Shown here: piece by piece, positions 55,824-64,000 of the stretch | How positions within the stretch are numbered: the stretch's first letter is position 1 | How the letters are laid out: the number at the start of each line of letters is the position of its first letter | Source of the DNA: Macrostomum lignano | Lineage: Eukaryota | NCBI GenBank assembly: GCA_002269645.1 | Contig: NIVC01003152.1 | Location: 1 to 64,000, forward strand | Direction: 5' to 3' | DNA: 64,000 nucleotides | Position numbers and translations under genes: made by a program | The notes under the pieces: generated by a model | Told to the model about the DNA's origin: nothing | Database searches by the model: none | The model's input: only the letters and a program-made list of their open reading frames with translations

Positions 55824-57933
55824 GGCGATTTCAGTGTTAGTAAAACGGTGGCTTTTTTTCAACAAAATGGCTTTAAGTTTAAAATGGTAACAAGCGTTAG
55901 GCAATAGGCGGGCCTAAAAAAATATAAATTAGGCGTTAGAACTTAGGACAGGTTAGGGCCTACTTCATAAAATAGCAGCCAAAAACTAAAACTTGATCGG
56001 CCTTGCCCTTGACGTAAGCCCCAAGTCCTAACAGCGAATACAAAAGATGTGATTTCGGAATAAATAAAGTCTACAACTTGTGAAAATGAATAATAATATT
56101 TTAGCTGTACCAGTTAGAGCAGTCGGCGACGTTACTATAATTTACCGGAAATTTACTTGTGTTAAAAAACAATTTAAAAAATATATTTCTTTGTAATATG
56201 CTAAACGTTAAGAAGCATAAAAAATTCTGCAAGAAAACACTTTTTTAAAAGTTTTCGCTAACATTTATTTTAAAAATTGGTCACAATATTTTTAGTAAAG
56301 GAATTTTAAAGGTGACATTTCACCGAAACGTGTAGACCGACTAGCTCGTGCCGTAAGGTGTAACGCGTACAACTACAAGCATGTATATAACTTTGGCCGA
56401 TCGGTTTTTACCGACGTTAAACCGACGTTAAAATGTACATAGAGGGAGTGGGGTGGCTGCACACTGATGACAAGTAGAATGGGGTGGCTGACAGGGAAAT
56501 CCCCAAGGCCACCACAAGGCGCCTACCAATAAAAAGCAAAGCAAACTTAAGCAAATGGCGTGATTCTGAATTGATGACTCACTCGACACTCCTTACCGAT
56601 CTGTCTCTGCAGTGCGCAACTACATGCATATACTGTTTGCATTTAAATACACTGCCGACGTAAACTTTTGCCGACGCTAACTTTTCCCATTCAAAATACA
56701 TTGCCGACGTAAACTTTTGCCGACGCTAACTTTTCACATTGAAAATACATTGCCGACGTAAACTTTTGCCGACGCTAACTTTTCCCGTTCAAAATACATT
56801 GCCGACGTAAACTGTTGCCGACGCTAACTTTTCCCATTCAAAATACATTGCCGACGTAAACTTTTGCCGACGCTAACTTTTTCTATAAATTATATATTCT
56901 AATACATTGCCGACGTAAACTTTTGCCGATGCTAACTTTTCCCATTCGAAATACATTGCCGACGTAAACTTTTGCCGACGCTAACTTTTCACATTCAAAA
57001 TACATTGCCGACGTAAACTTTTGCCGACGCTAACTTTTCCCGTTCAAAATACATTGCCGACGTAAACTGTTGCCGACGCTAACTTTTCCCGTTCAAAATA
57101 CATTGCCGACGTAAACTTTTGCCGACGCTAACTTTTTCTATAAATTATATATTCTAATACATTGCCGACGTAAACTTTTGCCGACGCTAACTTTTTCTAT
57201 AAATTATATATTCTAATACATTGCCGACGTAAACTTTTGCCGACGCTAACTTTTCCCATTCAAAATACATTGCCGACGCTAACTTTTTCTTTTTAAATAC
57301 ATTTCCGATGGAAGAAATAGCGACGTTCGCCAGCCGAATTTTGCGAGCCGACGTTCGCCATCCGACGTTTGCCAGCCAACGTTTGCCAGCCGACGTTTGC
57401 CAGCCGGACATTTGCATGCGGCAATGGGTTAAAAGAATTATGCCCTCTCTAGGCTTACATGTACTTGCATTTGAAAACTGCGGACATAGCACCAATCTAA
57501 TGCCACATCGCTCCCTTCTACTGCTACTAAATACAGGTCACTAACAAACTACTGCACACTAAAACCCTCTTCGTCTTCTTTTAGTAGCTAACATGTACCA
57601 AAAGAAACTGATGTAACCAAGACTGTCTAAACTACATCAGCAGCACCAAAGCGTGGCATAGCAACGTTTTTCAGCAGCCGACGTTTGTTAGCAAACATAA
57701 AGTCAGTCAGTGAAAAATTTGGTACTGAAATATTCGCAGTTTATAGCGGTTTGACAAAAACCATTTTTAGTCCAACTTTTTGACGATTATTCGCCTGCAT
57801 AAATAAATTTCTAAAACAGAATTTTTATAAAATAATGTCTTTCCTCCTAGACTGATTCGAAGCGGCATGGGGATGGGGAAGTGAAGGTCCGATTAGAGCT
57901 CTCCCGTGGTGTACATGTACATCTTAGAGGGAA

Positions 57934-59200
57934 TTTTTTACTTAGAATTAGCTGCAGGGGGCTCCGTGCATCTGGGGGAGGGGGCCACGGGCAAGGGGAC
58001 CAGTAAAAGAACCGGTCGAGCCAGCCTTGGTCAGGCGATCGGCCAGCTCGTTGCCAGGGTGGCCCGAGTGCCCGGGGATCCACCTTATAGGGACACCTTG
58101 TTAGATGCGACTAAGCGGTTGAGCTGCCTGATGCAGTCGAGGACTGTACGATAGCAGGTGATGGTGTGCGCTCAAGGGCGTGGATCGCCGCTTGACCGAG
58201 TGGAGGATCATCTCCTTCCCCCAGATGCGCTGATGGCGCAGGAGCTGATGGCAAGAACTTCGGTCTGGAAATCGGTGGAGCAGGTGCCGGTGTTTCGGGA
58301 GAAGGCCACCACAGTTCTCCCTCCAGACACGATGCAAGCCGTAGCCAGAGGCGGAGTTGATTTGGGACCCGTCAGTGAAGCAGTGGATTTCACGGGGTTT
58401 CCGGTTGTCCCTAGCCTCAGCATGGCGTGGTGGAATGCTGGTTTTGAATTTGAGCGGAGGGCAGAGCGGGGACGGAATTCCGTCCGAGAGGGTCAGCATG
58501 CTTCCTACTGCTTCCAGGTCTCGCAGGCTGTCACCGTGCGGCGGGAGGTTCCGCTTTTTGAAGGCGAACTGCTTCTGGATGGGGACACCCGCGTCAAGCA
58601 GACGGCGGGTCGGGTTGGTCTTCTTTGCCTGCCCTCTAACAAAGAGGTCGAGGGGGGATGTCCAAGAAGGAGTTCATGCCGGCGAAGGGTGTAGAGGGAG
58701 CCGTGCTCATGATAGCTCGACAAGCGCGGTCTTGCACCCTGTTAAGAGCATCGAGAACCCCTTTCACATCTAGGGAACTGTTCCAAATGAAGCCGGCGAA
58801 GGAGATGGCCGGTATTCACGATGGCAGAGTAAATCCACCAGAGGCGACGGGGTGTGAGGCCCCAGGTAGCGCCAAAGGCTTTGCAGATCTGTGCGAGAAT
58901 CGAGAGAGCTTTGCGGGCTTTGGTTTGGACGTGTGGAGTCCAGTTCAACCTGTGGTAGAGAGGGTGATGCCCAGACATCTGGTTTGTTTCTCCATGGCAA
59001 CGGGTTTGCCATAGAGGAAGAGCGGTTCGATCCTCCAGTTTCGGCGGCTGGTGAACATAATAGCCACAGTTTTAGACTCAGAGAACCTGAGACCGCAGCT
59101 CCAGGTCCAGCCACAGCGGCTATGCCACGCTTTGATGTTGATAGATGTATATGTAGTTCGGACACTTTTGGTTACACCGGTTGCTTTGATACCTTTTACT
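57934..59200 (-). mobile_element. Decayed RT-RNase H LINE fragment (Loa/I-group-like) inside the foldback element
   Basis: GLRFSESKTVAIMFT, RLNWTPHV, FGATWGLTPRRLWWIYSAIV, CFTDGS, FQTEVLAI, GHSGHPGNELADRL; 3' tail CCTGCAGCTAATTCTAAG; frameshifted with internal deletions. Confidence 0.85.
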
Positions 59201-59314
59201 GTTGCTAAATGCCTGCGGAGCCAAAAATGAGCGATGAGAACACCGATTCTGAAAAAATGTACATGTACGACTTCAGTCATGTACATGTACATGTAGAATT
59301 CCCGGCTTTGTCCC

Positions 59315-59470
59315 CCCACCATAAAATCCATGGCGACGCGGCACTGGCCAATTCACCAGACCTGGCACCCTCCAACTTTATAATTACATGTAAGCTGCTC
59401 TGTCGACTTTTGCATGTAAATAAGCGGCCGCTCCGTGGGCCCCATTTCGAGTGTAACGAAGAGCTATAAG
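59315..59470 (+). mobile_element. Short mariner transposase C-terminal relic
   Basis: SPDLAPSNF ... KRPLRGPHFECNEEL matches the YSPDLAPSDF ... L.G..F...eev region. Confidence 0.45.
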
Positions 59471-59604
59471 TCTCTAGGAACCTAACCCCTTGCCAACCAG
59501 TGGCTAGAGAATCAATCGGCAGAGTTCTACACGTACATATGTACATTAGCGACATCCGGGCGCTGCGCGACCGATTTCAAGAAGTGAATTGATCGCCAGG
59601 GAGG

Positions 59605-60900
59605 TTGACTTAACTTGATTTAGCTGCAGGGGGCGTCCGGCAGATGCAGCGAGGAGGCGGAGGAGACCGCCCATTCCGCTAGGCCCTGGCAACCAATGAC
59701 TTCCATCGAAGTAATGTCTCTCAGGGGGACCCGTCGGTCTCGCCTGCAGCGCGGTCCTTCTCACCGGCGGTGGGGAAGAAATCAGCTCGTCCCGTGTCCC
59801 TGAGGTACCGGGCGAGCAGCGGGATGCTCTCGGGCCTGCAAACGTCGGAGGGAACCGGGTTTGGCCCGAGGTGAGTGAGCCTGGCCCTGGTGGAAACCGG
59901 ACAGTGGCAGATAAAGTGCTCGGTGTTTTCACTGCCTGAGCGGCAGAAGGGGCACCGCTCCTCGGGTACTTGGCCCTGAAGGAAGTGGTGGCGAGAGAAG
60001 CAGCCATGCCCGGAGAGGGCCATGCTGACTGCTCTTAGGTCTCTGCGGTTAAGGGCTCTACGCAGGAGAGGAGACGGGGAGGGGACGGCAGCACGGTCTT
60101 GCCACCTGCGGAGATGCTCGGAATCAGTCCAGCGCTTAACGCGGGAGTTGCTCACCGAGGCGGGGATGGGGCCCCCCGGCCCAGCCCCAGCAGCGCGCCG
60201 GCGGAGCCAGCCTTAGCCAGCAGGTCAGGGCACTCGTTGCCGAGGAAACCAACATGGCCCTTGATCCATCTGAGCTCCACTTGGTTGCCTAGCGCAAGCC
60301 CGTTGAGCTGGGTGTTGCAGTCCAGGACAGATTTGGAGCTGGTGGTGCTGCGGCCCGATGGGCTGCTTGGCTGTCAGAGTGAAAAATAGATTCCGACAGT
60401 GCTGCCTTTGGCGCAGCTCTGCCGCGCAGCAGCTGATGGCAAGCACCTCGCTCTGAAAAACACTGGAGTTGAGCCCAGTGTGCTGGGAGTAGCTCCCCAC
60501 CACTTCACCCTTGAAGAAGACCCAAGCTCCGAAGCCTGAAAGACCATGCCTCATTGAGCCGTCAGTGTAACAGTGGACTTCAGAATCGCTCCAGCTGTCA
60601 CTCGCCTCGTGTCGAGGCTGAATAGTGCAGTGACCTTATACCTTTGGCTCAGGATAAGGGTGGCTGGGATCGAGTCCGTGAGGATGTTGAGCCCGCCACA
60701 CTCCTCGAGAGTCTTGAGGCAGAGGTCAGAGTGCGGTATAAGCGACCGCTTCTTAAAGGCCCGCACTTTTTTGAAGGCCACCCCAGCATCCAGAAGACGC
60801 CAAGTGCTCTTTGCCGCCTCTCCTTTGATATAAATATCCAGAGGAGGGGCACTGAGGAAGGCATTCATGCCTTCAAAAGGAGTAGAGGGTGGAGGGTGGT
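59605..60900 (-). mobile_element. Second RNase H-bearing LINE 3' fragment inside the foldback element
   Basis: [67 protein letters not shown]; same family and tail as 27056-27668. Confidence 0.85.
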
Positions 60901-61547
60901 CGCGTACAGTCTGGCCGCCACACAGCTCCCCCCAGCAAAGAGCTAGGCCCCGAACGTCGGGCGGTAGCCGAAGCAGCGAGATTGCCGAGGAGCAGAGTTG
61001 AAGAGGAGCGGGCGCCGAAATCAGCCGGGCGCCGAAGGCAGCAGGGGCGCGAGGCGGGCGCCGAAGGCAGCAGGGCGCCGGGCGGGCGCCGATTGCAGCA
61101 GGGGCGCGAGGCGAATTACACCCGAGGCAATCGACAGTCAGTTGCCGCCGTGAGCCGGGTCGATGCTCCTGCACAGAGGCTGGGGACGTTAGGCTAGCAG
61201 CAGCAGTGCTAACCTAGAATTAGCTGCAGCGTGTGGCGCTGGTTGGTCCAACGCGGGGGCCGAAAGGCGAGACCCCAGGAGCTACCGGGGGGGGGGGGGG
61301 CGGGCTGACTGGGCCGATTCGTGCTGCGGGGTACTGCCGTGGTTGCTGTGCTGCGGTGCTGCTGTGCTGCCGTTGCAGTCGGCCAAGGCGGTTGGCTGCC
61401 AGGACCGCACAGGGCTGTCCAGGTAGGCCCAGCGTTCCGCGCTGGGAGTCGGGCTCACCAATGAGGCGGAAGGCCTTTTCATTTCAATAGATGGAATGGC
61501 AGCGAAAAGTTTTGTGCTGCTTTGCGCATATATTCATATTTACGCAT

Positions 61548-62098
61548 TACGTCTACCTCGGCGGTCTGTTTCCAGACGCTCGCGAGGACCTGCGACGCCG
61601 CCGCGGGCTTGCCTGGGCTGCCTTTCGTTCTGTGAGGGCAGTCCTAGCCTGCAGTCCGAGGCCCTACCGGACCGCCAGAGGGCGGCGCTGTTCCAGGCGG
61701 TAATCGAGACCGTCCTGCTCTACAACGCCGAGACCTGGACGCTGACGGACTCACTCGAACAGCAAGTCGATGCGGCGCAGGCTGGCCTGCTGCGCGCCGC
61801 CTTCAACATCGACGTCGAGCGAGTCAACAACGCGGCACTCTATCGCCGCGCTGGCCTGCCACGTCCAAGCGATCTACTGCGCCGTCGGCGACTCCAGCTC
61901 GCAGGCCATCTCATCCGCGCCGAGTCGTACTGCCCACAGCCGGTGCAGGAGGTGCTGCTGCTCACGCTGCAGGCACCCTACCGGCGATGTCAAGCGCGAA
62001 CTCGGCGTTACGTCGACTGTCTGCTGGCTGACGCCGACGCCCCGGACACTGCCGGTGGCGCGGCCTTTGTTCGCGCCCAAAGCCATGAAGCGCGCCCT
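61548..62098 (+). mobile_element. 5'-truncated 3' fragment of the RTE-like LINE
   Basis: High similarity to 53955-54485 ([40 protein letters not shown]). Confidence 0.85.
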
Positions 62099-64000
62099 GT
62101 GACGCTAACTTTTGCCATCCTGACAACGTATTTTTAGTTATGTTGTTATATTTACACAAACTGCGCGAGATTCATGAGGGGCCTATGGAGGTGCGAACAG
62201 GTGGCGTGGCATGATAGGCTACGCCAACCCCCCTGGCTTAGCGAGCCGGCTAGCCTGATGCGCAACAACCCCACCTCAGCTAGACAGAGGTTGGGGGGGT
62301 TTCCAGGGCGGCTGCACTGGTGCTGCCGGTCGCGTACAGTCTGGCCGCCACAGCAATGTATTTTGAACGGGAAAAGTTAGCGTCGGCAAGTTTACGTCGG
62401 CAATGTATTAGAATATATAATTTATAGAAAAAGTTAGCGTCGGCAAAATTTTACGTCGGCAATGTATTTTGAACTGGAAAAAATAGCGTCGGCAAAAGTT
62501 TACGTCGGCAATGTATTAGAATATATAATTTATAGAAAAAGTTAGCGTCGGCAACAGTTTACGTCGGCAATGTATTTTGAATGGGAAAAGTTAGCGTCGG
62601 AAAAAGTTTACGTCGGCAATGTATTTTGAACGGGAAAAGTTAGCGTCGGCAAAAGTTTACGTCGGCAATGTATTTTTAATGGGAAAAGTTAGCATCGGCA
62701 AAAGTTTACGTCGGCAATGTATTAGAATATATAATTTATAGAAAAAGTTAGCGTCGGCAAAAGTTTACGTCGGCAATGTATTAGAATATATAATTTATAG
62801 AAAAAGTTAGCGTCGGCAACAGTTTACGTCGGCAATGTATTTTGAACGGGAAAAGTTAGCGTCGGCAACAGTTTACGTCGGCAATGTATTTTGAACGGGA
62901 AAAGTTAGCGTCGGCAAAAGTTTACGTCGGCAATGTATTTTGAATGGGAAAAGTTAGCATCGGCAAAAGTTTACGTCGGCAATGTATTAGAATATATAAT
63001 TTATAGAAAAAGTTAGCGTCGGCAAAAGTTTACGTCGGCAATGTATTTTGAATGGGAAAAGTTAGCGTCGGCAACAGTTTACGTCGGCAATGTATTTTGA
63101 ACGGGAAAAGTTAGCGTCGGCAAAAGTTTACGTCGGCAATGTATTTTGAATGGGAAAAGTTAGCGTCGGCAAAAGTTTACGTCGGCAATGTATTTTGAAT
63201 GGGAAAAGTTAGCGTCGGCAAAAGTTTACGTCGGCAGTGTATTTAAATGCAAACAGTATATGCATGTAGTTGCGCACTGCAGAGACAGACCGGTAAGGAG
63301 TGTCGAGTGAGTCATCAATTCAGAATCACGCCATTTGCTTAAGTTTGCTTTGCTTTTTATTGGTAGGCGCCTTGTGGTGGCCTTGGGGATTTCCCTGTCA
63401 GCCACCCCATTCTACTTGTCATCAGTGTGCAGCCACCCCACTCCCTCTATGTACATTTTAACGTCGGTTTAACGTCGGTAAAAACCGATCGGCCAAAGTT
63501 ATATACATCTACAAGCCCTTTCAAAGAATTAGAATTAGACCTAAAACACACTTACGTAATGAAAATAAAAGTGGGCCATTTTTTTCTGAAAACTACGATA
63601 CCTTTTATCCCTACGCTCCAAATACGATCCCTCCAATACAATTTTATTAATAGTGTTATCGTAATTCGAAATAAACAAGCTCTTTTGGTTTTGTCTTACG
63701 ATCACCTACATATAATTTCATCATTTGAAAGCTGATGATCGTGTGACAAAAGTAAATATAAGCTGGTGAATCTTTATCATTCCTTACCTTTTGTTCAGCT
63801 ATCTAATTAATCCAACTCCAATTCTTCTAGAAATATATAATTCCACCCAAGCGGCCAAGCAGAAAAACTACGTATCCAATAGGTTAGACGTCTCTGATAT
63901 GTAACTTTGGCATTCTTTCGTTTTACGATCCCCTTACATTTTTCCTATAGAACATGGCACTTTTGTTATACGATCCCCTATGTAAAAGATAGGAGTCTTG

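Larger units (their letters stand above)
56381..63508. mobile_element. Young 7128-bp non-autonomous foldback DNA transposon with long repeat-containing TIRs
   Basis: Starts ATGTATATAACTTTGGCCGATCGG and ends CCGATCGGCCAAAGTTATATACAT; perfect 8-bp TSD CTACAAGC (56373-56380, 63509-63516). The outer ~270 bp of the arms differ at only one position I could find. Inner arms are ~49-57-bp TGCCGACG tandem arrays (56650-57290; 62353-63240, inverted). Confidence 0.92.

Noticed and set aside
63520-64000. Scattered TACGATCCC motifs as subterminal repeats of another transposon
   Set aside because: Only three or four copies and no terminus visible within the window.

Overview
Eukaryotic (invertebrate animal) genomic DNA: GC-rich spliced exons sit in AT-rich introns packed with micro- and minisatellites. 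The style suggests a free-living flatworm such as Macrostomum, but this is an inference, not shown. Host genes reconstructed by hand from GT-AG splice sites and reading-frame phase: WBP4/FBP21 (- strand, 8 exons), WASHC4/SWIP (+, 11 exons), a secreted N-formylglutamate-amidohydrolase-like gene (+, 3 exons), an unidentified 10-exon gene (+) whose intron 4 appears to hold an intronless ER-lumenal JmjC gene on the same strand, and a QKI/How STAR-family gene (-, 6 exons). The rest is transposable elements: a CACTA right end with a CIDE-N-containing accessory ORF inserted into an Hsmar2-like mariner, hAT non-autonomous elements with 8-bp TSDs, a MULE transposase fragment, an RTE-like LINE, RNase H-bearing LINE fragments, Penelope and Crypton relics, and a young 7.1-kb foldback element carrying retroelement debris. 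The most unusual signals are a local clan of minisatellites sharing a GAATCG core across WASHC4 introns, the cargo-carrying foldback element, the same-strand nested JmjC gene, and clustered TAGGCCTA/TACATGTA palindromes. Exon and TSD coordinates were counted by hand; repeat-array boundaries are approximate. No database searches were run, so family assignments rest on recognised motifs.
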